From assembly GCA_964016885.1 (NCBI GenBank), contig OZ024744.1:5332001-5396000 (forward strand): a stretch of 64,000 nucleotides of DNA, read 5' to 3'. The notes beneath the pieces are model-generated. The model was given only the letters and a program-made list of their open reading frames with translations, searched no databases and was not told the DNA's origin. Position numbers and translations under genes: made by a program. Of the stretch, positions 26,001 to 38,800 are shown piece by piece. Source of the DNA: Eledone cirrhosa (Eukaryota). How positions within the stretch are numbered: position 1 is the stretch's first letter; the number at the start of each line of letters is the position of its first letter.

Positions 26001-29000
26001 GACAGTGGTGTTGGTAGCAGAGGTCTATCTTGGTAGACAGTGGTGTTGGTAGCAGAGGTCTATGTTGGTAGACAGTGGTGTTGGTAGCAGAGGTATATCT
26101 TGGTAGGCAGTGGTGTTGGTAGCAGAGCTCTATCTTGGTAGACAGTGGTGTTGGTAGCAGAGGTCTTTCTTGGTAGACAGTGGTGTTGCTAGCAGAGGTC
26201 TATGTTGGTAGAAAGTGAGGTTGGTAGCTGAGATCTATGTTGGTAGACAGTGGTGTTGGTAGCAGAAGTCTATCTTGGTAGACAGTGAGGTTGGTAGCAG
26301 AGGTCTATCTTGGTAGACAGTGGTGTTGGTAGCAGAGGTCTATCTTGGTAGACAGTGGTGTTGGTAGCAGAGGTCTATCTTGGTAGACAGTGGTGTTGGT
26401 AGCAGAAGTCTATCTTGGTAGACAGTGGTGTTGGTAGCAGAGGTCTATCTTGGTAGACAGTGGTGTTGCTAGCAGAGGTCTATCTTGGTAGACAGTGGTG
26501 TTGCTAGCAAAGGTCTATGTTGGTAGACAGTGAGGTTGGTAGCAGAGGTCTATCTTGGTAGACAGTGAGGGTGGTATCAGAGGTCTATCTTGGTAGACAG
26601 TGAGGTTGGTAGCAGAGGTCTATGTTGGTAGACAGTGGTGTTGGTAGCATAGGTCTATCTTGGTAGACAGTGGTGTTGGTAGCAGAGGTCTATGTTGGTA
26701 GACAGTGGTGTTGGTAGCAGAGGTCTATCTTGGTAGACAGTGGTGTTGGTAGCAGATATCTATCTTGGTAGACAGTGGTGTTGGTAGCAGAGGTCTATGT
26801 TGGTAGACAGTGGTGTTGGTAGCAGAGGTCTATCTTGGTAGTCAGTGGTGTTGGTAGCAGAGGTCTATCTTGGTAGACAGTGGTGTTGGTAGCAGAGGTC
26901 TATGTTGGTAGACAGTGAGGTTGGTAGCAGAGGTCTATCTTGGTAGACAGTGGTGTTGGTAGCAGAGGTCTATGTTGGTAGACAGTGGTGTTGGTAGCAG
27001 AGGTCTATCTTGGTAGATAGTGAGGTTGGTAGTAGAGGTCTATGTTGGTAGACATTGGTGTTGGTAGCAGAGTTCTATCTTGGTAGACAGTGGTGTTGGT
27101 AGCAGAGGTCTATGTTGGTAGACAGTGGTGTTGGTAATAGAGGTCTATCTTGGTAGACAGTGGTGTTGGTAGCAGATGTCTATCTTGGTAGACAGTGGTG
27201 TTGGTACCAGAGGTCTATCTTGGTAGACAGTGGTGTTGGTAGGAGAGGTCTATCTTGGTAGACAGTGGTGTTGGTAGCAGAGGTCTATCTTGGTAGAAAG
27301 TGGTGTTGGTAGGAGAGGTCTATCTTGGTAGACAGTGGTGTTGGTAGCAGAGGTCTATCTTGGTAGACAGTGGTGTTGGTAGCAGAGGTCTATATTGGTA
27401 GACAGTGGTGTTGGTAGCAGATGTCTATCTTGGTAGACAGTGGTGTTGGTAGCAGAGGTCTATCTTGGTAGACAGTGGTGGTGGTAGCAGAGGTCTATCT
27501 TGTTAGACAGTGTTGTTGGTAGCAGAGGTCTATCTTAGTAGACAGTGGTGTTGGTAGCAGAGGTCTATCCTGGTAGACAGTGGTGTTGGTAGCAGAGGTC
27601 TATCTTGGTAGACAGTAGTGTTGGTAGCAGAGGTCTATCTTGGTAGACAGTGGTGTTGGTAGCTGAGGTCTAACTTGGTAGACAGTGGTGTTGGTAGCAG
27701 AGGTCTATCTTAGTAGACAGTGGTTTTGTAGCAGAGGTCTACCTTGGTAGACAGTGGTGTCGGTAGCAGAGCTCTATCCTGGTAGACAGTGGTGTTGGTA
27801 GCAGAGGTCTATCTTGGTAGACAGTGAGGTTGGTAGCAGAGGTCTATGTTGGTAGACAGTGGTGTCGGTAGCAGAGCTCTATCTTGGTAGACAGTGGTGT
27901 TGGTAGCAGAAGTCTATCATGGTAGACAGTGAGGTTGGGAGCAGAGGTCTATGTTGGTAGACAGTGGTGTTGGTAGCAGAGGTCTATCTTGGTAGACAGT
28001 GGTGTTGGTAGCAGAGGTTTATCTTGGTAGACAGTGGTGTTGGTAGCAGAGGTCTATGTTGGTAGACAGTGGTGTTGGTAGCAGAGGTATATCTTGGTAG
28101 GCAGTGGTGTTGGTAGCAGAGCTCTATCTTGGTAGACAGTGGTGTTGGTAGCAGAGGTCTATCTTGGTAGACAGTGGTGTTGGTAGCAGAGGTCTTTCTT
28201 GGTAGACAGTGGTGTTGGTAGCAGAGGTCTATGTTGGTAGAAAGTGAGGTTGGTAGCAGAGGTCTATCTTGGTAGACAATGAGGTTGGTAGCAGAGGTCT
28301 ATGTTGGTAGACAGTGGTGTTGGTAGCATAGGTCTATCTTGGTAGACAGTGGTGTTGGTAGCAGAGGTCTATGTTGGTAGACAGTGGTGTTGGTAGTAGA
28401 GGTCTATCTTGGTAGACAGTGGTGTTGGTAGCAGATGTCTATCTTGGTAGACAGTGGTGTTGGTAGCAGAGGTCTATCTTGGTAGACAGTGGTGTTGGTA
28501 GCAAATATCTATCTTGGTAGACAGTGTTGTTGGTAGCAGAGTTCTATGTTGGTAGACAGTGGTGTTGGTAGCAGAGGTCTATCTTGGTAGACAGTGAGGG
28601 TGGTTGCAGAGGTCTATGTTGGTAGACAGTGGTGTTGGTAGCAGAGGTCTATCTTGGTAGACAGTGAGGTTGGTATCATAGGTCTATCTTGGTAGACAGT
28701 GAGGTTGGTAGCAGAGGTCTATGTTGGTAGACAGTGGTGTTGGTAGCATAGGTCTATCTTGGTAGACAGTGGTGTTGGTAGCAGAGGTCTATGTTGGTAG
28801 ACAGTGGTGTTGGTAGTAGAGGTCTATCTTGGTAGACAGTGGTGTTGGTAGCAGATGTCTATCTTGGTAGACAGTGGTGTTGGTAGCAGAGGTCTATCTT
28901 GGTAGACAGTGGTGTTGGTAGCAGATATCTATCTTGGTAGACAGTGGTGTTCGTAGCAGAGGTCTATGTTGGTAGACAGTGGTGTTGGTAGCAGAGGTCT

Positions 29001-32000
29001 ATCTTGGTAGTCAGTGGTGTTGGTAGCAGAGGTCTATCTTGGTAGACAGTGGTGTTGGTAGCAGAGGTCTATGTTGGTAGACAGTGGTGTTGGTAGCAGA
29101 GGTATATCTTGGTAGGCAGTGGTGTTGGTAGCAGAGCTCTATCTTGGTAGACAGTGGTGTTGGTAGCAGAGGTCTATCTTGGTAGACAGTGGTGTTGGTA
29201 GCAGACGTCTTTCTTTGTAGACAGTGGTGTTGGTAGCAGAGGTCTATGTTGGTAGAAAGTGAGGTTGGTAGCAGAGGTCTATCTTGGTAGACAATGAGGT
29301 TGGTAGCAGAGGTCTATGTTGGTAGACAGTGGTGTTGGTAGCATAGGTCTATCTTGGTAGACATTGGTGTTGGTAGCAGAGGTCTATGTTGGTAGACAGT
29401 GGTGTTGGTAGTAGAGGTCTATCTTGGTAGACATTGGTGTTGGTAGCAGATGTCTATCTTGGTAGACAGTGGTGTTGGTAGCAGAGGTCTATCTTGGTAG
29501 ACAGTGGTGTTGGTAGCAAATATCTATCTTGGTAGACAGTGTTGTTGGTAGCAGAGGTCTATGTTGGTAGACAGTGGTGTTGGTAGCAGAGGTCTATCTT
29601 GGTAGACAGTGAGGGTGGTTGCAGAGGTCTATCTTGGTAGACAGTGGTGTTGGTAGCAGAGGTCTATCTTGGTAGACAGTGAGGTTGGTATCAGAGGTCT
29701 ATCTTGGTAGACAGTGAGGTTGGTAGCAGAGGTCTATGTTGGTAGACAGTGGTGTTGGTAGCATAGGTCTATCTTGGTAGACAGTGGTGTTGGTAGCAGA
29801 GGTCTATGTTGGTAGACAGTGGTGTTGGTAGTAGAGGTCTATCTTGGTAGACAGTGGTGTTGGTAGCAGATATCTATCTTGGTAGACAGTGGTGTTCGTA
29901 GCAGAGGTCTATGTTGGTAGACAGTGGTGTTGGTAGCAGAGGTCTATCTTGGTAGTCAGTGGTGTTGGTAGCAGAGGTCTATCTTGGTAGACAGTGGTGT
30001 TGGTAGCAGAGGTCTATCTTGGTAGACAGTGGTGTTGGTAGCAGAGGTCTATGTTGGTAGAAAGTGAGGTTGGTAGCAGAGGTCTATGTTGGTAGACAGT
30101 GGTGTTGGTAGCAGAGATCTATCTTGGTAGACAGTGGTGTTGGTAGAAGAGGTCTATGTTGGTAGACAGTGAGGTTGGTAGCAGAGGTTTATCTTGGCAG
30201 ACAGTGAGGTTGGTAGCAGAGGTCTATCTTGGTAGACAGTGGTGTTGGTAGCAGAGGTCTATGTTGGTAGACAGTGGTGTTGGTAGCAGAGGTCTATCTT
30301 AGTAGACAGTGGTGTTGGTAGCAGAGGTCTATCTTGGTAGACAGTGAAGTTGGTAGCAGAGGTCTATCTTGGTAGACAGTGAGGTTGGTAGCAGAGGTCT
30401 ATCTTGGTAGACAGTGGTGTTGGTAGCAGAGGTCTATCTTGGTAGACAGTGAGGTTGGTAACAGAGGTCTATCTTGGTAGACAGTGGTGTTGTAGCAGAG
30501 GTCTATCTCGGTAGACAGTGAGGTTGGTAGCAGAGGTCTATGCTGGTAGACAGTGGTGTTGGTAGCAGAGGTCTATCTTGGTAGACAGTGGTGTTGGTAG
30601 CAGAGGTCTATCTTGGTAGACAGTGGTGTTGGTAGCAGAGGTCTATGTTGGTAGACAGTGAGGTTGCTAGCAGAGGTCTATCTTGGTAGACAGTGGTGTT
30701 GGTAGCAGAGGTCTATCTTGGTAGACAGTGAGGTTGGTATCAGAGGTCTATCTTGGTAGACAGTGGTGTTGGTAGCAGAGGTCTATGTTGGTAGACTGTG
30801 GTGTTGGTAGCAGAGGTCTATCTTGGTAGATAGTGAGGTTGGTAGTAGAGGTCTATGTTGGTAGACATTGGTGTTGGTAGCAGAGTTCTATCTTGGTAGA
30901 CAGTGGTGTTGGTAATAGAGGTCTATCTTGGTAGACAGTGGTGTTGGTAGCAGATGTCTATCTTGGTAGACAGTGGTGTTGGTAGCAGAGGTCTATCTTG
31001 GTAGACAGTGGTGTTGGTAGCAGAAGTCGATCTTGGTAGACAGTGGTGTTGGTAGCAGAGGTCTATCTTGGTAGACAGTGGTGTTGGTAGCAGATGTCTA
31101 TCTTGGTAGACAGTGGTGTTGGTAGCAGAGATCTATCTTGGTAGACAGTGGTGTTGGTAGCAGAGGTCGATCTTGGTAGACAGTGGTGTTGGTAGCAGAG
31201 GTCGATCTTGGTAGACAGTGGTGTTGGTAGCAGAGGTCTATCTTGGTAGACAGTGGTGTTGGTAGCAGAGGTCTATGTTGGTAGACAGTGGTGTTGGTAG
31301 CAGAGGTATATCTTGGTAGGCAGTGGTGTTGGTAGCAGAGCTCTATCTTGGTAGACAGTGGTGTTGGTAGCAGAGGTCTATCTTGGTAGACAGTGGTGTT
31401 GGTAGCAGAGGTCTTTCTTGGTAGACAGTGGTGTTGGTAGCAGAGGTCTATGTTGGTAGAAAGTGAGGTTGGTAGCAGAGGTCTATCTTGGTAGAAAGTG
31501 GTGTTGGTAGGAGAGGTCTATCTTGGTAGACAGTGGTGTTGGTAGCAGAGGTCTATCTTGGTAGACAGTGGTGTTGGTAGCAGAGGTCTATATTGGTAGA
31601 CAGTGGTGTTGGTAGCAGATGTCTATCTTGGTAGACAGTGGTGTTGGTAGCAGAGGTCTATCTTGGTAGACAGTGGTGGTGGTAGCAGAGGTCTATCTTG
31701 TTAGACAGTGTTGTTGGTAGCAGAGGTCTATCTTAGTAGACAGTGGTGTTGGTAGCAGAGGTCTATCCTGGTAGACAGTGGTGTTGGTAGCAGAGGTCTA
31801 TCTTGGTAGACAGTAGTGTTGGTAGCAGAGGTCTATCTTGGTAGACAGTGGTGTTGGTAGCTGAGGTCTAACTTGGTAGACAGTGGTGTTGGCAGCAGAG
31901 GTCTACCTTGGTAGACAGTGGTGTCGGTAGCAGAGCTCTATCCTGGTAGACAGTGGTGTTGGTAGCAGAGGTCTATCTTGGTAGACAGTGAGGTTGGTAG

Positions 32001-35000
32001 CAGAGGTCTATGTTGGTAGACAGTGGTGTCGGTAGCAGAGCTCTATCTTGGTAGACAGTGGTGTTGGTAGCAGAAGTCTAACTTGGTAGACAGTGAGGTT
32101 GGGAGCAGAGGTCTATGTTGGTAGACAGTGGTGTTGGTAGCAGAGGTCTATGTTGGTAGACAGTGAGGTTGGTAGCAGAGGTCTATCTTGGTAGACAGTG
32201 AAGTTGGTAGCAGAGGTCTATCTTGGTAGACAGTGAGGGTGGTAGCAGAGGTCTATCTTGGTAGACAGTGGTGTTCGTAGCAGAGGTCTATCTTGGTAGA
32301 CAGTGGTGTTGGTAGCAGAGGTCTATCTTGGTAGACAGTGGTGTTGGTAGGAGAGGTTTATCTTGGTAGACAGTGGTGTTGGTAGCAGAGGTCTATGTTG
32401 GTAGACAGTGGTGTTGGTAGCAGAGGTATATCTTGGTAGGCAGTGGTGTTGGTAGCAGAGCTCTATCTTGGTAGACAGTGGTGTTGGTAGCAGAGGTCTA
32501 TCTTGGTAGACAGTGGTGTTGGTAGCAGAGGTCTTTCTTGGTAGACAGTGGTGTTGGTAGCAGAGGTCTATGTTAGTAGAAAGTGAGGTTGGTAGCAAAG
32601 GTCTATCTTGGTAGACAGTGAGGGTGGTAGCAGAGGTCTATCTTGGTAGACAGAGGTGTTGGTAGCAGAGGTCTATCTTGGTACACAGTGAGGTTGGTAT
32701 CAGAGGTCTATCTTGGTAGACAGTGAGGTCGGTAGCAGAGGTCTATGTTGGTAGACAGTGGTGTTGGTAGCATAGGTCTATCTTGGTAGACAGTGGTGTT
32801 GGTAGCAGAGGTCTATGTTGGTAGACAGTGGTGTTGGTAGTAGAGGTCTATCTTGGTAGACAGTGGTGTTGGTGGCAGATGTCTATCTTGGTAGACAGTG
32901 GTGTTGGTAGCAGAGGTCTATCTTGGTAGACAGTGGTGTTGGTAGCAAATATCTATCTTGGTAGACAGTGGTGTTGGTAGCAGAGGTCTATGTTGGTAGA
33001 CAGTGGTGTTGGTAGCAGAGGTCTATCTTGGTAGACAGTGGTGTTGGTAGCAGAGGTCTATCTTGGTAGACAGTGGTGTTGGTAACAGAGGTCTATCTTG
33101 GTAGACAGTGGTGTTGGTAGCAGAGGTCTATGTTGGTAGACAGTGGTGTTGGTAGCAGAGGTCTATGTTGGTAGACAGTGAGGTTGGTAGCAGAGGTCTA
33201 TGTTGGTAGACAGTGGTGTTGGTAGCAGAGGTCTATCTTGGTAGACAGTGGTGTTGGTAGAAGAGGTCTATGTTGGTAGACAGTGAGGTTGGTAGCAGAG
33301 GTCTATCTTGGTAGACAGTGAGGTTGGTAGCAGAGGTCTATCTTGGTAGACAGTGGTGGTGGTAGCAGAGGTCTATCTTGGTAGACAGTGGTGTTGGTAG
33401 CCGAGGTCTATCTTGGTAGACAATCAGGGTGGTAGCAGAGGTCTATGTTGGTAGACAGTGGTGTTGGTAGCAGAGGTCTATGTTGGTAGACAGTGGTGTT
33501 GGTAGCAGAGGTCTATCTTGGTAGACAGTGGTGTTGGTAGCAGAGGTCTATCTTGGTAGACAGTGGTGTTGGTAGCCGAGGCCTATCTTGGTAGACAATC
33601 AGGGTGGTAGCAGAGGTCTATGTTGGTAGACAGTGGTGTTGGTAGCAGAGGTCTATGTTGGTAGACAGTGGTGTTGGTAGCAGAGGTCTATCTTGGTAGA
33701 CAGTGGTGTTGGTAGCAGAGGTCTATCTTGGTAGACAGTGGTGTTGGTAGTAGAGGTATATCTTGGTAGACAGTGGTGTTGGTAGCAGATGTCTATCTTG
33801 GTAGACAGTGGTGTTGGTAGCAGAGGTCTATCTTGGTAGACAGTGGTGGTGGTAGCAAGGTCTATGTTGGTAGACAGTGGTGTTGGTAGCAGAGGTCTAT
33901 CTTGGTAGACAGTGATGTTGGTAACAGATGTCTATCTTGGTAGACAGTGGTGTTGGTAGCAGAGGTCTATCTTGGTAGACAGTGATGTTGGTAGCAGATG
34001 TCTATCTTGGTAGTCAGTGGTGTTGGTAGCAGAGGTCTATGTTGGTAGACAGTCGTGTTGGTAGCAGAGGTCTATCTTGGTAGGCAGTGGTGTTGGTAGC
34101 AGAGGTCTATCTTGGTAGACAGTGGTGTTGGTAGCAGAGGTCTATCTTGGTAGACAGTGGTGTTGGTAGCAGAGGTCTATCTTGGTAGACAGTGGTGTTG
34201 GAAGCAGAGGTCTATCTTGGTAGACAGTGGTGTTGGTAGCAGAGGTCTATCTTGGTTGACAGTGGTATTGGTAGCAGAGGTCTATCTTAGTAGACAGTGG
34301 TGTTGGTAACAGAGGTCTATCTTGGTAGACAGTGGTGTTGGTAGCAGAGGTATATCTTGGTAGACAGTGGTGTTGGTAGCAGAATCTATCTTGGTAGACA
34401 GTGGTGTTAGTCGCAGAGGCCTATCTTGGTAGACAGTGAGGTTGGTAGCAGAGGTCTATCTTGGTAGACAGTGGTGTTGGTAGCAGAGGTCTATCTTGGT
34501 AGACAGTGATGTTGGTAGAAGAGGTCTATGTTGGTAGAAAGTGAGGTTGATAGCAGAGGTCTATCTTGGTAGACAGTGGTGTTGGTAGCAGAGGTTTATA
34601 TTGGTAGACAGTGGTGTTGGTAGCAGAGGTTTATCTTGGTAGACATTGAGGTTGGTAGCAGAGGTCTATCTTGGTAGACAGTGGTGTTGGTAGCAGAGGT
34701 CTATGTTGGTAGACAGTGGTGTTGGTAGCAGAAGTCTATCTTGGTAGACAGTGGTGTTGGTAGCAGAGGTCTATATTGGTAGACAGTGGTGTTGGTAGCA
34801 GAGGTCTATCTTGGTAGACAGTGAGGTTGGTAGCAGAGGTCTATCTTCGTAGACAGTGAGGTTGGTAGCAGAGGTCTATCTTGGTAGACAGTGGTGTTGG
34901 TAGCAGAGGTCTATGTTGGTAGACAGTGAGGTTGGTAGCAGAGGTCTATCTTGGTAGACAGTGAAGTTGGTAGCAGAGGTCTATCTTGGTAGACAGTGAG

Positions 35001-35844
35001 GGTGGTAGCAGAGGTCTATCTTGGTAGACAGTGGTGTTCGTAGCAGAGGTCTATCTTGGTAGACAGCGGTGTTGGTAGCAGAGGTCTATCTTGGTAGACA
35101 GTGAGGTTGGTAGCAGAGGTCTATCTTGGTAGACAGTGGTGTTGGTAGCAGAGGTCTATCTTGGTAGACAGTGGGGTGGGTAGCAGAGGTCTATCTTGGT
35201 AGACAGTGGTGTTGGTAGCAGAGGTCTATATTGGTAGACAGTGGTGTTGGTAGCAGAGGTCTATGTTGGTAGACAGTGGTGTTGGTAGCAGAGGTTAATC
35301 TTGGTAGACAGTGGTGTTGGTAGCAGAGGTCTATCTTGGTAGACAGTGGTGTTGGTAGCAGAGATCTATCTTGGTAGACAGTAGTGTTGGTAGCAGAGGT
35401 CTATGTTGGTAGACAGTGGTGTTTGTAGCAGAGGTCTATGTTGGTAGACAGTGGTGTTGGAAGCAGAGGTCTATCTTAGTAGACAGTGGTGTTGGTACAT
35501 AGGTCTATGTTGGTAGACAGTGAGGTTGGTAGCAGAGGTCTATATTGGTAGACAGTGAGGTTGGTAGCAGAGGTCTATCTTGGTAGACAGTGAGGTTGGT
35601 AGCAGAGCTCTATCTTGGTAGAAAGTGGTGTTGGTAGCAGAGGTCTATGTTGGTAGACAGTGGTGTTGGTAGCAGAGGTTTATTTTGGTAGACAGTGGTG
35701 TTGGTAGCAGAGGTCTATGTTGGTAGACAGTGGTGTTGGTAGCAGAGGTATATCTTGGTAGGCAGTGGTGTTGGTAGCAGAGCTCTATCTTGGTAGACAG
35801 TGGTGTTGGTAGCAGAGGTCTTTCTTGGTAGACAGTGGTGTTGC
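20068..35844. repeat. 15,777-bp tandem duplication, copy 2
   Basis: The match to copy 1 starts after the mismatch G4290/C20067 and ends at C20082/G35859. One internal difference was noticed (G17308/A33085). Confidence 0.95.
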
Positions 35845-38800
35845 TAGCAGAGGTCTATGTTGATAGAAAGTGAGGTTGGTAGCTGAGGTCTATGTTGGTA
35901 GACAGTGGTGTTGGTAGCAGAAGTCTATCTTGGTAGACAGTGAGGTTGGTAGCAGAGGTCTATCTTGGTAGACAGTGGTGTTGGTAGCAGAGGTCTATCT
36001 TGGTAGACAGTGGTGTTGGTAGCAGAGGTCTATCTTGGTAGACAGTGGTGTTGGTAGCAGAGGTCTATCTTGGTAGACAGTGGTGTTGGTAGCAGAGGTC
36101 TATCTTGGTAGACAGTGGTGTTGCTAGCAGAGGTCTATCTTGGTAGACAGTGGTGTTGGTAGCAAAGGTCTATGTTGGTAGACAGTGAGGTTGGTAGCAG
36201 AGGTCTATCTTGGTAGACAGTGAGGGTGCTTGCAGAGGTCTATGTTGGTAGACAGTGGTGTTGGTAGCAGAGGTCTATCTTGGTAGACAGTGAGGTTGGT
36301 ATCAGAGGTCTATCTTGGTAGACAGTGAGGTTGGTAGCAGAGGTCTATGTTGGTAGACAGTGGTGTTGGTAGCATAGGTCTATCTTGGTAGACAGTGGTG
36401 TTGGTAGCAGAGGTCTATGTTGGTAGACAGTGGTGTTGGTAGTAGAGGTCTATCTTGCTAGACAGTGGTGTTGGTAGCAGATGTCTATCTTGGTAGACAG
36501 TGGTGTTGGTAGCAGAGGTCTATCTTGGTAGACAGTGGTGTTGGTAGCAGATATCTATCTTGGTAGACAGTGGTGTTGGTAGCAGAGGTCTATGTTGGTA
36601 GACAGTGGTGTTGGTAGCAGAGGTCTATCTTGGTAGTCAGTGGTGTTGGTAGCAGAGGTCTATCTTGGTAGACAGTGGTGTTGGTAGCAGAGGTCTATCT
36701 TGGTAGACAGTGGTGTTGGTAGCAGAGGTCTATGTTGGTAGAAAGTGAGGTTGGTAGCAGAGGTCTATGTTGGTAGACAGTGGTGTTGGTAGCAGAGGTC
36801 TATCTTGGTAGACAGTGGTGTTGGTAGAAGAGGTCTATGTTGGTAGACAGTGAGGTTGGTAGCAGAGGTCTATCTTGGCAGACAGTGAGGTTGGTAGCAG
36901 AGGTCTATGTTGGTAGACAGTGGTGTTGGTAGCAGAGGTCTATGTTGGTAGACAGTGGTGTTGCTAGCAGAGGTCTATCTTGGTAGACAGTGGTGTTGGT
37001 AGCAGAGGTCTATCTTGGTAGACAGTGGTTTTGGTAGCAGAGGTCTATATTGGTAGACAGTGGTGTTGGTAGTAGAGGTCTATCTTGGTAGACAGTGGTG
37101 TTGGTAGCAGATGTCTATCTTGGTAGACAGAGGTGTTGGTAGCAGAGGTCTATCTTGGTAGACAGTGGTGTTGGTAGCAGAGGTCTATCTTGGTAGACAG
37201 TGGTGTTGGTAGCAGAGGTCTATCTTGGTAGACAGTGTTGTTGGTAGCAGAGGTCTATCTTGGTAGACAGTGGTGTTGGTAGCAGACATCTATCTTGGTA
37301 GACAGTGGTGTTGGTAGCAGATGTCTATCTTGGTAGACAGTGGTGTTGGTAGCAGAGGTCTATCTTGGTAGGCAGTGGTGTTGGTAGCAGAGGTCTATCT
37401 TGGTAGACAGTGGTGTTGGTAGCAGAGGTCTATGTTGGTAGACAGTGGTGTTGGTAACAGAGGTCTATCTTGGTAGACAGTGGTGTTGGAAGCAGAGGTC
37501 TATCTTGGTAGACAGTGGTGTTGGTAGCAGAGGTCTATCTTGGTAGACAGTGTTATTGGTAGCAGAGGTCTATCTTGGTAGACAGTGGTGTTGGTAACAG
37601 AGGTCTATCTTGGTAGACAGTGGTGTTGGTAGCAGAAGTATATCTTGGTAGACAGTGATGTTAGTAGAATAGGTCTATGTTGGTAGAAAGTGAGGTTGGT
37701 AGCAGAGGTCTATCTTGGTAGACAGTGGTGTTGGTAGCAGAGGTTTATATTGGTAGACAGTGGTGTTGGTAGCAGAGGTCTATCTTGGTAGACATTGAGG
37801 TTGGTAGCAGAGGTCTATCTTGGTAGACAGTGGTGTTGGTAGCAGAGGTCTATGTTGGTAGACAGTGGTGTTGGTAGCAGAGGTCTATCTTGGTAGACAG
37901 TGGTGTTGGTAGCAGAGGTCTATATTGGTAGACAGTGGTGTTGGTAGCAGAGGTCTATCTTGGTAGACAGTGAGGTTGGTAGCAGAGGTCTATCTTGGTA
38001 GACAGTGAGGTTGGTAGCAGAGGTCTATCTTGGTAGATAGTGGTGTTGGTAGCAGAGGTCTATGTTGGTAGACAGTGAGGTTGGTAGCAGAGGTCTATCT
38101 TGGTAGACAGTGAGGGTGGTAGTAGAGGTCTATCTTGGTAGACAGTGGTGTTGGTAGCAGAGGTCTATGTTGGTAGACAGTGGTGTTTTTAGCAGAGGTT
38201 AATCTTGGTAGACAGTGGTGTTGGTAGCAGAGGTCTATCTTGGTAGACAGTGGTGTTGGTAGCAGAGGTCTATCTTGGTAGACAGTGGTGTTGGTAGCAG
38301 AGGTCTATCTTGGTAGACAGTGGTGTTGGTAGCAGAGGTCTATCTTGGTAGACAGTGGTGTTGGTAGCAGAGGTCTATGTTGGTAGACAGTGAGGTTGGT
38401 AGCAGAGGTCTATGTTGGTAGACAGTGGTGTTGGTAGCAGAGGTCTATCTTGGTAGACAGTGGTGTTGGTAGAAGAGGTCTATGTTGGTAGACAGTGAGG
38501 TTGGTAGCAGAGGTCTATCTTGGTAGACAGTGAGGTTGGTAGCAGAGGTCTATCTTGGTAGACAGTGGTGGTGGTAGCAGAGGTCTATCTTGGTAGACAG
38601 TGGTGTTGGTAGCCGAGGTCTATCTTGGTAGACAATCAGGGTGGTAGCAGAGGTCTATGTTGGTAGACAGTGGTGTTGGTAGCAGAGGTCTATGTTGGTA
38701 GACAGTGGTGTTGGTAGCAGAGGTCTATCTTGGTAGACAGTGGTGTTGGTAGCAGAGGTCTATCTTGGTAGACAGTGGTGTTGGTAGCCGAGGTCTATCT

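Noticed and set aside
32323-32598. Second identical 91-aa ORF
   Set aside because: Its identity is due to the 15,777-bp duplication, not to coding conservation.
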